This document shows positions 22,340-33,936 of a stretch of 64,000 bases of DNA, one piece after another. This DNA is from Histomonas meleagridis 2922-C6/04-290x (taxonomy: Eukaryota > Protista > Parabasalia). The notes beneath the pieces are model-generated. The model saw only the letters and a program-made list of their open reading frames with translations, did no database searches and had not been told where the DNA came from. How positions within the stretch are numbered: the stretch's first letter is position 1; the number at the start of each line of letters is the position of its first letter. A program made the position numbers and the translations under genes. The stretch is from positions 248,001 to 312,000 of the forward strand of contig JAANOX010000117.1 in the NCBI GenBank assembly GCA_020184695.1. Direction: 5' to 3'.

Positions 22340-23350
22340 AGAAAATGAAGCAAATAATACATCAATTTAAAGCCAACCTATGCATATGCAAAAGTTGATT
22401 TCTATAGAACAGGTTATATTTAATCTTACAGAAAAAAACTTTGAAATTTCTGTTGCAAAAACAATGAATTTATTTGATAAAGATTTTCCTTTTACACCTA
22501 AAACCTTTTACATTTGATTAATGTATAATTGTTTTAATTTATTCAGCATTTTCATCTCAAAGAGAATCAATCTAAACATAAATAAATTTTTTACAAGAAA
22601 TTCAATCTAAAGAAGAAGCAATTTTTCACAACAATCCAAAAATTATTGAAATTTCTACTAAATATATTATATCATTGAAAAAATGATTGAAAACGAATTA
22701 ATCAACACAAATATTCTCAAAAACTTTCATACCAATTATTTTTCACATTATAAACTGGAGAAGAAAACAAGAAAAACGATACTAAAGATCAATTAAATGA
22801 AGAATTTAAAAATAATTATGATAAATTAAGAATGATTGGAAACTTCATAAGCAATTAGTTGAAGAAGGAGTTAATCCGAATGAAATATCAAAAATCATTC
22901 GAAATGATGATATAGAGAAACTTCAAGAAATATCAAAACAAAAAGATTTCGATTTTAATCAAATAATTAAATCAACACTTTATGAAAGATACTCATTTAT
23001 TAACAAAGAAAATGTTACATTAATTGATTTTGCTGCATTTTTTGGATCGATTAGATGTTTTAAATATTTATTAATGAATAATGCAAATGTCGAAAACACA
23101 GGTAAATATCCAATTGCAGGTGGAAATCTTGAAATTATTTATTTATGTGAACAAAATCATTCAACGTTTGATGTTTATGAAATAGCAATTAAATCACATC
23201 GAAATGGTTAAATTACTTCATGAACAAGAAAAAATTGATATTAATGTTAAAGATGTTTATTTATTTTATTTAATATATATTTCAACAATTTACAATTTAC
23301 ACACAATATTGTAAAATTTAATTATTTAAAACTTTACTTATTTTTTATTA
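22340..23350 (+). pseudogene. Frameshifted trichomonad ankyrin-family gene (paralogue of 61412-63581)
   Basis: Reads NDWKLHKQLVEEGVNPNEISKIIRNDDIEKLQEIS...DFAAFFGSIRCFKYL...AGGNLEIIYLCEQ, then MVKLLHEQEKIDINVKD. Upstream part is frameshifted. Confidence 0.8.
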
Positions 23351-23449
23351 TTAGATTCTATTTTATTGTTCTTAGCCTCATCATTTGCTTTTTCTTATTC
23401 TTTTTATTATATTAAAAACAAAACCAATTTCCATATGATTTATTTTTTA

Positions 23450-26400
23450 CTAATCATAATTATACATTGAATCTATTGGATCAGGCAATTTTCTTACTTC
23501 GTTTGACTCCAAGTCATTTGATTCGATTGGCGGCGGGAACATATCAATTTCTTCATTTCCATGTTCATACACCGGCAAAGGGAACTTACTCAAAGTTTCC
23601 GAATTAATTGGCGGCGGGATTTTCTTTTCGTTATTTTCGTTCTGTGGCTTCACTTGGTTCTCCATACCGACGGAGCTAATTGGCGGCGGTAATATTTCCA
23701 ATCCATCGCTTGGCACCGAAGGGAACGGCGTCAATTTCTCGTTTTTATCTTTATTAATTGGGAACTGTGACATAATATAATCGAATTTCGGGAATATATA
23801 TTTAGTACCACTTTCTTTAGGTGGTGTTAATATACATTTTGGTATAACAAAATCGTCATCTTTATCATCAATGAAATCGTCAGCGTCATTTAACTTATCG
23901 ACGAATTTAAAACTATATTTAAATTCATCGTTAGGTATTGGATTAGGGAAATTGGTATCAATAAAGAAAGGCTTTTCGATGACAGATTCATTTTTATATG
24001 GAATATTATTTTGTTTTATTGGTAAAGGTGGTAAAGGTATTGTTGATTGTTGATGTTTTTGATTAACATTTGAATTATTTTCATTGTTGTTATTATTTAA
24101 TTCATCTTCTATTTCTTTGGTTAATGTAAATTTATTATATATCGAAGATAAGTTAAAGAATTTTCCATCTTTTTGGAATATATTTAATTCTTTATTATTT
24201 ACCGAAAAAAGTTTGTCGAAATCATTCGAAATATTACGTGCAATTTCAATTAGTATATTACATTCTTTTATTATTATTTCTATTGCACTAATGATTTTAA
24301 ATTGTTCTTTACTATCACCGATTGAATAACTTGTGGAAGAATGTACAAATTGTGACGAATTAATGGAAATTATTTTTGAGGAATTAAGTGTCGTATCGAT
24401 TAATGGTATGAAGAATGTTAAATCAGAAAGTTTTTTACATACAATTAATGCGCCTAAAGAAACAAGTTTTTTATTAGTTTTAAGTAATGGTAAAAACTCA
24501 GATATACTATGAGTGATTTCATTAAGGAAAAAGATCAAAAAAGGACCAGAATAAAGTTTTTGTTTTAAGGTGATTATATTATTATATATATTTATATAAT
24601 CATTAAATTCATCAAATGATTTCATTGTTTCAATTATTATTTCGACATCTTTTTCTAATATATTTTTAAAGTAATTTATATTATAAAAGTTTTTGATTTC
24701 TTTTATTATGATGTCAATCTTAGGAAATAATGGTTTAATCGAATTAAGGATATCAATGAATTCAGAATCATTAAATGTTATGTCATATCTCATTTTAGTA
24801 ATTTTTGATTCGAATTGTTTTAAAGCTTTTGCAGTCTCTGTTAATATTGTTTGGATTTCAGGATTACGAAAAGAAGTTTTATAATTTATTAATTCATTTA
24901 ATAATAATAAACTTGAAGTACCAAATGTTAAAAATATTTCTGATTTCCGTAATAAATAGATTTGAATTGTTTTCTTATAATTCTTCGTAAAGATAAATAT
25001 TTGTCTTAAATAATAATGTAATTGATGCGCTTGTTCTGATTTTGCTGGTTCTTCAACTTTAGATATTAATATACTAAAACATGTTAAGTTAATATATAAT
25101 TCATATAAATCTTCGATTTTAATTAATGTTTTGTTCATAATTTCGAATGAACTTTTGATTAAACTTGTTTTACATTTAAGTTGTGGATCAGTAAATAATG
25201 AATTAAATTGATTAAATTCATTTAATATATTTTTGATATCATTAAAATATTTGTTTTTGAATTCTTTAAAAATATTATTTTGCGTAATTAAAATAGAATA
25301 TAATATATCTAAATATAAATGATGTGCATCGAACATACAAAATGATATTTGTAAATTAGTTAACGATGATTTAATAATATTTTTCAAGATTAAATTTTCT
25401 GGTGTTTGAAGAAATTGATTTAAATCATATAAAAAATCATTAAATGATATTATTAAATTATCTTTTAGATGTAAAACTCGACGTTTTTCAATAAGTTTTG
25501 GATTACCAATTGCTGTATTAAGTAAAAATTTAATGAATTTATAAAATTCGGGTTTTATTGTTTGTATTAATACATTAATTTGATCTTTTTGTATTATCGG
25601 ACTTTCTAAAAGTTTTGGAAATTCATTTATTAAGTTGAAAAATTGTTCGCCATTTTGTGTTATTGGTGAAGCGATTATATTTGTCGAAATACTTTCATAT
25701 AATAAAAATCGATTATCAGATTTCACTGATTCAATCATGTTTAAGTTCTTTTGTCGTATCTCCATGAAAACTGATGGAAATCGTTCATAATCTGTTTGGA
25801 AGATTTGATCAACAAAAGATTTCGCAATTTTATTATCTTTAATATAATCAGTATATAACATTGGTTTAATTAAATAAAAATCATCTAAAAATGTATCAAA
25901 GTTTTGTATTAATATACTTTCTTCAGTATGAAAATCACATTGGAAACGCATAATTTTATTGGATGAATTAACAATATGAAATATTTTTTGTGACATTTTT
26001 GATAAGATTTCTAATGACGTTACACTTCGAATAGGATTTATTGGTAAACAATTTATAAATACAAAGATAAATAAACTGATAATATGAACCGGAATTAAAA
26101 TAAAATTTAAATATGCTTTAAACGGTTTCTCGGTATATGTTGGTTCAAATGATTTACGGACTGAACTACAGAGAGAATCAAAGACCATTACATAACGAGG
26201 TATAACATTTCGAAGATTAGACGTAAGTTGGGAAAATTGAAATTCGGGAATTGATACAGATTTCTTTTCTAATAAACCAATACGAATACTATCAGCATAA
26301 CCAATAAGGGATTTCAGATCATCACAAAGTTTGTCCATATCTGGTTTAACTGGTGGGATTTGAACAATTGATGAAATATTGTTTGATTCTGCATCACAAA

Positions 26401-26848
26401 CATTAGCAAGATTTCTAATGATGTGAATAAATTTGAGCATTTCAATGCACAATTGAAGAAATCCATTGGGATTTGGAACTGCTTTTAATAATGTTATTTT
26501 TTGATTGATATCATCTAAAAATGTAATAGTAGAGCTTAAATGGAATTTCAGCATTGTAAAACATAATGTCAATGTAGCTCCTGCTATTGAAGCTCGATAA
26601 ATGTTTGATACTTTTTTTGTTGGAGCACCAAGTACACAAGCATCTGTAACAATTGTCGTTGTTAGTATTTTACTTAATGAATCAAGTACAGGTTGTGGAA
26701 ATTTGGGGCTTGTATTTGTCGGATCGTTATTTAAAGAAGCAATATATGATGATATAGTGAGTGGTATAACAATAGATTCTCCTTCAGAATGCGTTGATGA
26801 TAATGCTATATGTAATGCTTTTTGTAGGTCTTGAGGAGACAAGTTCAT
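23450..26848 (-). CDS. Large predicted helical protein with proline-rich acidic C-terminal tail
   Basis: 1132-aa ORF, L/I/K/N-rich body, tail with repeated hydrophobic-P-x-P-I motifs. No family recognised. Confidence 0.8.
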   Translation of the reverse strand: MNLSPQDLQKALHIALSSTHSEGESIVIPLTISSYIASLNNDPTNTSPKFPQPVLDSLSKILTTTIVTDACVLGAPTKKVSNIYRASIAGATLTLCFTMLKFHLSSTITFLDDINQKITLLKAVPNPNGFLQLCIEMLKFIHIIRNLANVCDAESNNISSIVQIPPVKPDMDKLCDDLKSLIGYADSIRIGLLEKKSVSIPEFQFSQLTSNLRNVIPRYVMVFDSLCSSVRKSFEPTYTEKPFKAYLNFILIPVHIISLFIFVFINCLPINPIRSVTSLEILSKMSQKIFHIVNSSNKIMRFQCDFHTEESILIQNFDTFLDDFYLIKPMLYTDYIKDNKIAKSFVDQIFQTDYERFPSVFMEIRQKNLNMIESVKSDNRFLLYESISTNIIASPITQNGEQFFNLINEFPKLLESPIIQKDQINVLIQTIKPEFYKFIKFLLNTAIGNPKLIEKRRVLHLKDNLIISFNDFLYDLNQFLQTPENLILKNIIKSSLTNLQISFCMFDAHHLYLDILYSILITQNNIFKEFKNKYFNDIKNILNEFNQFNSLFTDPQLKCKTSLIKSSFEIMNKTLIKIEDLYELYINLTCFSILISKVEEPAKSEQAHQLHYYLRQIFIFTKNYKKTIQIYLLRKSEIFLTFGTSSLLLLNELINYKTSFRNPEIQTILTETAKALKQFESKITKMRYDITFNDSEFIDILNSIKPLFPKIDIIIKEIKNFYNINYFKNILEKDVEIIIETMKSFDEFNDYINIYNNIITLKQKLYSGPFLIFFLNEITHSISEFLPLLKTNKKLVSLGALIVCKKLSDLTFFIPLIDTTLNSSKIISINSSQFVHSSTSYSIGDSKEQFKIISAIEIIIKECNILIEIARNISNDFDKLFSVNNKELNIFQKDGKFFNLSSIYNKFTLTKEIEDELNNNNNENNSNVNQKHQQSTIPLPPLPIKQNNIPYKNESVIEKPFFIDTNFPNPIPNDEFKYSFKFVDKLNDADDFIDDKDDDFVIPKCILTPPKESGTKYIFPKFDYIMSQFPINKDKNEKLTPFPSVPSDGLEILPPPISSVGMENQVKPQNENNEKKIPPPINSETLSKFPLPVYEHGNEEIDMFPPPIESNDLESNEVRKLPDPIDSMYNYD

Positions 26849-27633
26849 TGTTTTCTCTAATCGACCGTTTGTCGAATAAACATTTTACGATTTTTGTTTA
26901 CAAGCCAGAAATTTTTCAACTTCAATTCAATTTGAAAACTATGGTCCTTATGAATTTTCTGATAAAATTGGTACCTATATTGAATTTTTTCGACCGTTTA
27001 TCTTTTGCGATACACTCGTTGCATGCGTTACAATAAATTTTTCGAAAATTTCATTGTAATGCATCATGATCAAATCTGTCATACACAACCAACAAGAGAA
27101 CAGACGTCCATTTATTTCATATAGTTATATCAATTTATAATGACGTCAATCAATTTATTATTATATTGATGACATTTATAGAATATAAAAGCCCAAATTA
27201 TCAAACACTATGTAAATGACATATCCAGAGATAACATAATAATCAAATTAAACTCAGTAAAGCATCAGACACATGCAAACGCCAAATCATCCAAAAAAGC
27301 ATTACAATAATAAACTATTCAAATATCAATGTCGTAATCAAATTTGTTCGTCAGCAAAAACATCACCGAAATGTCGGTTATGCGTCTTATTCTATGCTGA
27401 TACATAGCCATCTCACAAATGCACCAGTTGTTCGATTATAAGTCCATCCTTATAGGTAAGAAAAAGTTATAGATTTAATTTATCAAAATCAATAATGCAT
27501 ATTTTACGTCTCAACCAACAAATAACTGTTTGTAAGTATCCTTAAAAACAAATAGTTAGATTAAGTCATTTTTTAATTTCATGAAATGGTTATTCAGTCA
27601 ATACACAATTTCTGACTTTTAGTCTTGTATCTA

Positions 27634-28569
27634 TTAATCTTTTTTATATATTGCATTCGATGAAAGGCTAATCAATCTGACTCCAAGATGATTTGCGATA
27701 CGTAATGAAACTTCATCAGCAAATGCTTTTGGATCTTGGTTCTTAATGTTCTTTATTGACACTGGTTGGAGGAATTCGATATCAATTTTCATTCCTGGAA
27801 TTCCCAGGAATACGATCATTTGATACCAATTATGATGGAAAGAAGAAACATTAGAAAGAGCTCTAGTCGTGCCATAAAGTGTATATCTTATTGTTGTTGG
27901 TTGAACAGGAAGATCTGATAAGAATGCACCAAGGTGGAATCTGAACATATAATCTCCAGATGTTGAAGCACCTTCAGGGAAAATAAGAATAACCGGTTCG
28001 TCTGGATTCTTGGCGCTTTCAAGAATGATTTTTGAAACGCCTGTTGACTTACTTCGGTCAACAGATATTCCTTGGTATACATCAGCAACATCTTTAAAGA
28101 TTAGTTGTTGAGTAATTTCTTTCTTAGCGAGAGCGCGTGGCCCAAATCCTAAGAAAAGCCAACCATCAAAGAAGCATGTATGATTTGGAGTGATGAATCT
28201 AGCTTCTGGATTATATTGACCATGGAAATTAACTTTAAGATATCCTAAGAAGAACAAGAAAATCCTTGCAATGATTGCCCAGAACTTTATTAAGAATTTT
28301 CTTCCATTCATTGGTCGACCAAGAGTTCTCCAAATAGCACATCCAAGAACAAAAAATGGCACAGTAATTAATGCAAAAGTAAGTGCAAGTAATGCTTTTG
28401 GAATACCAAAAATAATAAACATTATGATATGAAGTATTCTTTGTTGAACTGTATACTTTGGAAGTTTTCTTAATTCCAATAGTTGTTCTATTGTAACTTC
28501 TGTGGGTGCTTTTTGGTGGTAAAGTGATTCATCTTTTGGAAGTGGTGGATGGAGATGGTACAGAGGCAT
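27634..28569 (-). CDS. Lysophospholipid acyltransferase (PlsC/LPCAT-type)
   Basis: NHTCFFD (NHxxxxD) and IFPEGAST motifs, FHLGAF, N-terminal TM segment. First ATG at 28569. Confidence 0.9.
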   Translation of the reverse strand: MPLYHLHPPLPKDESLYHQKAPTEVTIEQLLELRKLPKYTVQQRILHIIMFIIFGIPKALLALTFALITVPFFVLGCAIWRTLGRPMNGRKFLIKFWAIIARIFLFFLGYLKVNFHGQYNPEARFITPNHTCFFDGWLFLGFGPRALAKKEITQQLIFKDVADVYQGISVDRSKSTGVSKIILESAKNPDEPVILIFPEGASTSGDYMFRFHLGAFLSDLPVQPTTIRYTLYGTTRALSNVSSFHHNWYQMIVFLGIPGMKIDIEFLQPVSIKNIKNQDPKAFADEVSLRIANHLGVRLISLSSNAIYKKD

Positions 28570-28897
28570 TTCTAATCCGGCCACCCGGTTATCATAAACA
28601 ATGCAAAAAACCACTTTTTCAATTAATGGTCGTTACGAATTGAATCAATTTCTTTGCATCGCAAAAAAAGTTTTGACAGAAATATTCAATTTGCGCGCAA
28701 AGAATCAAAAAAAAAAATTCTTTTTAATATTGACCAATTTCTGATATGGATCATCAAAGCAAAGCAGTATCAAAATTTTTTTCATAATTAAACAATACAA
28801 ATTAAAAAAGTTTTCGAAAATTTCATCATAATTTATTTGCATTCATTAACACTATTCTCAACCCAAGCAATAAAAACGAAAGTAATACTGGGTGGTT

Positions 28898-31800
28898 TTA
28901 CTCTCTTCTTATATAATTTGAAACTTCACCAGACAATAATTCATCTGCCAAAACTTCCATTCTTTCTTCAGACAAATACAACTCGAAACCATTCTGGAAT
29001 CCAATTCCTTCATTACCCAAGAAATCCAAATATACAGATGGTACATTGAACATTTCCATTTGTCTACCTAAGTACAGCAACAAAATCCTTGAATGTGATG
29101 TATTTAAATTCATGACCAAATAAAACGAGTTATTTGAGTTAACACATTCGTCGATCAACCCACGAACACCTAAGCACTTTCCACTGTGTAAACTTATGAA
29201 ATATTCAACGTTCGTAACCGATAGCTCCTTTCCCAAGTTAAACGGCTCCCTTCCGAAGTCCAAGTAATTTTTAGGTAAACTTGTCAATTTAAACGGCTGA
29301 AACTCGTATTCATTTCCATCGAAATTGAATTGATATTTTTCACATAACTTTTCATTCGTTAACTCATCATCCCAGTCAACGAATTTCTCATGATTTAATC
29401 CCAAAACGAAATGTTCTGATATTCTAACTCTTCTTAAGAACAAGTTTAAATCTTGCCCATTCAATTCTTTACCATGTAATTTTGCAAGATTATTAAAGTC
29501 ATTTTCTGGTGTGTCACTTTTGATCAAATCTACGATAAACCTTTGAAAATCGGAATTTGTGTTGTTATCGATCGTCACTCCCATTTTTTGAAACACTTTT
29601 AAGCATAAGAACAAATTTCGAGTAAGTAAATAATGTTTTTGAGGATCTAAAACCGAAGGGTTCGCTCTAAGTCTAAGTTCATATATGATAAGTAAACTAC
29701 ATAAAGCTACTACCAAATAACTTGCGTCATTATTTTCATCAATACCTAATATACTTACAGCTTCAATCACTAATGGATCAGACAAATCATTTCGATCATC
29801 AAGTTTCGGCAAGAAGAAATTTCGCGCGTATCTGTCGACAGGGCATATTCCATTGAAGCATTCCTTATGTACCAAATGCGTGCATAAAGTGAATAATGGG
29901 ACAAATCGTTGTTTTCCAAAGTTATCATATTTTATAGGTAATGTTGACCTAAATGTAAACAATTGATAGTATAATACTTCGCCTTCTTTTAATGTAGTTC
30001 GACATGCACAACATAAATCTTTTTCTTCGTTAATTTTCGCGTCGGATATTTCAGTCTTAATTTCGTTTTCATTGTCATGCGCAAATTCGGCAATTCGTGT
30101 GTTGAATTGTCGTAAAATTGATTCTTTAAGATTTGTTACTTTCGTTTCATCCTTTTGTGGTGTTAAATCTTCTTGTTTTTGTTGTTCATATGAAATGTTC
30201 ATGTTTTGTAATGCGTTAATTCCAATTGGACCAAGTTCAGTGATTAAATCAATGAATGATTTTGGTTCATAATTTTGGAACTTAATTTTTTGACTTAATA
30301 ATGTATCGAAATCATTTGGAATTTTAGTGATTAATTCTTCGAGATTATTTACTATTATTGGATCATTACTTGTTTTATTATTTGTTTTATTTGTATTAAA
30401 TTTAGATGTTGTTATAAGTAAATTTAATATTAATTGATTTGTTTCATTTGATTTTTTGGTTAAAAGAATATAATATTCAATGGATAAAAGTGTTGGAGTG
30501 AATAAATATGAATGCAAATCCATTCCTTTAATAGGTTCTTCTTCGAAAGGTTTAAATGGCATTAATTCATTTGGATATTTCGATATATATTTCGAATATT
30601 TTGCTAATATTTTATTCGATGGATAAATAGGAGCTAAAGGATTCCATAAATCATTTGACTTCAGTTTAAAGAGAATTCCATTATGTGTAACAGAAGAAAC
30701 AGAAATATCATTTAAATATGACTTAATTACTTTTTGATCAATAATACTTGCGTTTCTAAATATGTTTTGGATTGCTGTATAAGGTTTTTGTTTAAATAAT
30801 ATTTTTGATATTAATTTTTGTTTTGTATTTTCTTTCTTATTTTTGTTGATATAAAGTCGATCGAAAATTAAAGTCGATATTAAATGTATGAAAATGAAAA
30901 ATAATAATTCATTCTTTTGACCTTCTTCATCAAAGATACCAATTGTATGTGCAAGTGTATTAATAAATTGTTCTTTATTATGAATGAAACCTGAACATAT
31001 TTGTAACAATACAAACAAATATATAAATTCATCAAAATTTCGAACATTATATGTAAATAACTTAAACCCAAAACATGCCTCAAGAATTTGATGATACATA
31101 AAATATGTTGAAACTAATATTCGTTGTGTATTAATCGAAGATAACATTAAGAAATTATCGATGTCTTCTATTGATGATTTAAATATTTCTTCGATATTTT
31201 CTCTATGTGAATATATTAATGACTTTAATAAATAATATGGTGGATTAAATAATGATATTGAACAATCATCAAATAATGATTGTTTAAACAAAGGTTTTTG
31301 TATTTTTTTATCTAAAATATTATCAACGTAAATATCTTTAAGATATTTCACAATTTTTTGTAATGAATTTGTGATGTTTGTTGATTTACATTTATCAAAT
31401 CCATCACATGCACGAATGAAAAAGAGATTATAACTAGTGTAAGGAACAAAATCATTTGCTTGTGTAAATTGATGAATATTTGTATATAAAATTACATCCT
31501 TATCTAAGACAATATCAATTAATTTGTCTAGGAATTCTTGATATCGATCTTTAAAGTCTTCAGATGATAAAAGTTCCTTTAAACCGGACGAAACAGAAAG
31601 AGTGTTCGCGGCAATGCTTGCTACCGATAATTGAGGATGAAGTGCAAATAATAATTGTTTCGATTGAAATGTCTTGTATATTTTTAAATATACTTCACAC
31701 CAATCAATATTATACTTCTCAATAATTTGCGTCAAAACGCGATTACAGAAAAAATGAAACGCATTGTCCATTATCTGATCAAGTTTTTGATAATCTTTGC

Positions 31801-32539
31801 ATTGATTGACAATAAGATTATATTTGGCATCAATCAAATCAGCAAATTTAAGCATAAAAACATACCCACAATTGACTTTAAAGTTGGAATCATTAATACA
31901 ACTTCCAAATAATTTGGAAAATGCACTAACGGTTTCAGAATTAGATAAAGAAATTGCGTCAAATAAATCAATGAGAATAGTGCCCTTGGATAAGGAAGTG
32001 ACAATTAAGCTGCGATAGGAGTCACCAAGTGAACAGAATTTAAGAAGCCAGCCAACTAAATTAACCATGTTTTTTGGCTTGTTTTTCATAAGATTGGGAA
32101 GTTGTGATATAGCAGAATCAAAATACTGACTAAGGAGTTCGATGATAGAAGAGGGAATATTGGATTCTTGTTTTGGATGATTTCCATGAACATTGCAATA
32201 TCCTGTTGGTCGCCATAAATCTGGATCGCCACAATCACAATTTCCAACTGAGGATACATTGACTCGAATTGTATGGCCTTTATGATTTCCATTTAAATAA
32301 CATTGAAGACAAATACAACTACCACTATCTAAACCGCATTGGATACAACTAATAGAAAGTTGTGTGCGCATCCAAGATGCTTGACATTTACAAACAGGTG
32401 ATGAATTTTTTAGAAAATTAAAGAATTCTTCCGAACTTGAAAATCCTGCACGATTCATTAGTTGTGTTTCACAATTAGCTATTACAAGATCAATATCTTC
32501 GCCGAAATCTACAGAAGGATTTCCAGAAATTTCTTCCAT
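28898..32539 (-). CDS. UBR-box (N-recognin) E3 ubiquitin ligase
   Basis: N-terminal UBR zinc finger (CIQCGLDSGSCICLQCYLNGNHKGH...GNCDCGD..W...GYCNVH) and C-terminal RING-like Cys/His cluster (CCAC...CTHLVHKEC...CPVDR). Confidence 0.9.
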   Translation of the reverse strand: MEEISGNPSVDFGEDIDLVIANCETQLMNRAGFSSSEEFFNFLKNSSPVCKCQASWMRTQLSISCIQCGLDSGSCICLQCYLNGNHKGHTIRVNVSSVGNCDCGDPDLWRPTGYCNVHGNHPKQESNIPSSIIELLSQYFDSAISQLPNLMKNKPKNMVNLVGWLLKFCSLGDSYRSLIVTSLSKGTILIDLFDAISLSNSETVSAFSKLFGSCINDSNFKVNCGYVFMLKFADLIDAKYNLIVNQCKDYQKLDQIMDNAFHFFCNRVLTQIIEKYNIDWCEVYLKIYKTFQSKQLLFALHPQLSVASIAANTLSVSSGLKELLSSEDFKDRYQEFLDKLIDIVLDKDVILYTNIHQFTQANDFVPYTSYNLFFIRACDGFDKCKSTNITNSLQKIVKYLKDIYVDNILDKKIQKPLFKQSLFDDCSISLFNPPYYLLKSLIYSHRENIEEIFKSSIEDIDNFLMLSSINTQRILVSTYFMYHQILEACFGFKLFTYNVRNFDEFIYLFVLLQICSGFIHNKEQFINTLAHTIGIFDEEGQKNELLFFIFIHLISTLIFDRLYINKNKKENTKQKLISKILFKQKPYTAIQNIFRNASIIDQKVIKSYLNDISVSSVTHNGILFKLKSNDLWNPLAPIYPSNKILAKYSKYISKYPNELMPFKPFEEEPIKGMDLHSYLFTPTLLSIEYYILLTKKSNETNQLILNLLITTSKFNTNKTNNKTSNDPIIVNNLEELITKIPNDFDTLLSQKIKFQNYEPKSFIDLITELGPIGINALQNMNISYEQQKQEDLTPQKDETKVTNLKESILRQFNTRIAEFAHDNENEIKTEISDAKINEEKDLCCACRTTLKEGEVLYYQLFTFRSTLPIKYDNFGKQRFVPLFTLCTHLVHKECFNGICPVDRYARNFFLPKLDDRNDLSDPLVIEAVSILGIDENNDASYLVVALCSLLIIYELRLRANPSVLDPQKHYLLTRNLFLCLKVFQKMGVTIDNNTNSDFQRFIVDLIKSDTPENDFNNLAKLHGKELNGQDLNLFLRRVRISEHFVLGLNHEKFVDWDDELTNEKLCEKYQFNFDGNEYEFQPFKLTSLPKNYLDFGREPFNLGKELSVTNVEYFISLHSGKCLGVRGLIDECVNSNNSFYLVMNLNTSHSRILLLYLGRQMEMFNVPSVYLDFLGNEGIGFQNGFELYLSEERMEVLADELLSGEVSNYIRRE

Positions 32540-32789
32540 TTAAATGAATTTTTTTCAAAAAAAGGACAAGGTGAGGTCATTTGAAAATTTTTGTTTGAAT
32601 ATAGCACTTCACATAATAATTGTTTGCTTGTAAGGGAATCGTTTTTATACTAAATGTGAGGTGAAATGGCAAAATATTGTGCGCCAAAAGTATATCAAAA
32701 AGTGATTCACACTTAGCTTTTTTGTGGTTTACATTCCGTAAAATATAGAAATCTCAGGGTATGAGCAACGTTAACCGATAGAACTTGTT

Positions 32790-33204
32790 GAGCAGGCTCA
32801 CACTGAGTGTAAATTATTGTCAATTGGCAATAATTACCACGCGTGTAATGAGAATAGGTCCATATATTTTTTAAATAATAAGTGAACTGAAATTTAAGAA
32901 AGCTACATACGATTCGATTATGAGTTTAGATGAAGAAGTAAGGAAAAATATAAATCACATTTACTTGATGGGCGGTTCTACACTTGTGGATGGGATCGAA
33001 GATAGATTTCAGAAAGAACTAACAAAGAAATTGAAAAACGAAAATATGAAATTTGAGATTCGTACATCTCCAGCTAGACCTAAGAACAGTTGGGAAGGAG
33101 CAGCTATTTTTTCATCGCTTTTCTGTTATACTCATGACTATGTTAAAAAAGATGAGTATGATGAATATGGAGTATCTTTTGTATTAAAAAAATGTTTTAA
33201 TTAA
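32790..33204 (+). pseudogene. Orphan C-terminal fragment of an actin/Arp-family gene
   Basis: YDSIMSLDEEVRK...IYLMGGSTLVDGIEDRFQKEL...SWEGAAIFSSL...KKDEYDEYG matches the actin C-terminus. Upstream relic LSIGNNYHACNE in a broken frame; no N-terminal half. Confidence 0.75.
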
Positions 33205-33239
33205 TTTTTTGGGTTTTTTAAACACATAAACTTCAGTTG

Positions 33240-33640
33240 GTAATTGTCGAAACGTATATATTAAACAATAAAAGAAGTAAATTTATGTTTGTTTTTACAG
33301 TTGTTCATTTCAGAAATTGTTTTTCTTTCGATACGAGCTTTACGATGCCTCAATTTCACTGTTAATGTATTTTGTCTTGACTTACGACCAGAAGCAAGTC
33401 TCTTTTCTTCAAATTCTTGGCTGTTTGTTGGGTAAACAATTGTGGAATTTCATTATCCCATTCACCTGGTACTGGTGGCTCAAGTGGTTCTTTAAGATTG
33501 CAAGTTTTCTATCGCCTTAAGCGATCTTTGTCATATGTCTAACCAATTCCAAGTTTTCTCATTGCTTGAGCTGCAAGGCGACAGTTACCAACTCCAGCAA
33601 AGCGATCAACTCCATCTGTAATCTTTTTTAAAATAATGCA
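33240..33640 (-). pseudogene. Broken reading frame of an unidentified protein
   Basis: ITDGVDRFAGVGNCRLAAQAMRKLGIG*TYDKDRLRR*KTCNLKEPLEPPVPGEWDNE, then after a frameshift IVYPTNSQEFEEKRLASGRKSRQNTL. Protein-like composition. Confidence 0.5.
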
Positions 33641-33936
33641 TCTTGGTGAAATTCGATTTAAAATAAAGCAAATAAAGTCTCCTTGTTCATATAAAAAGAT
33701 TAATACGCTCATTAAAAACCTTAATAAATTTATGAATGGATACATATGTTTTTTTTAATAAGATGAAAATTAAGTTGAATGCAAAATTAAAAACAAATTT
33801 GATATTATGCATAAGTAAAAGCGCATCAAGTGATTCTAAAACTCAAAACCAATTTTTTTATTATTAAACTTTTAATAATATCATTATTCTGAACACGTTT
33901 AAATATAAACGTTTCGTACCGCCCCGAACCGTTTAA

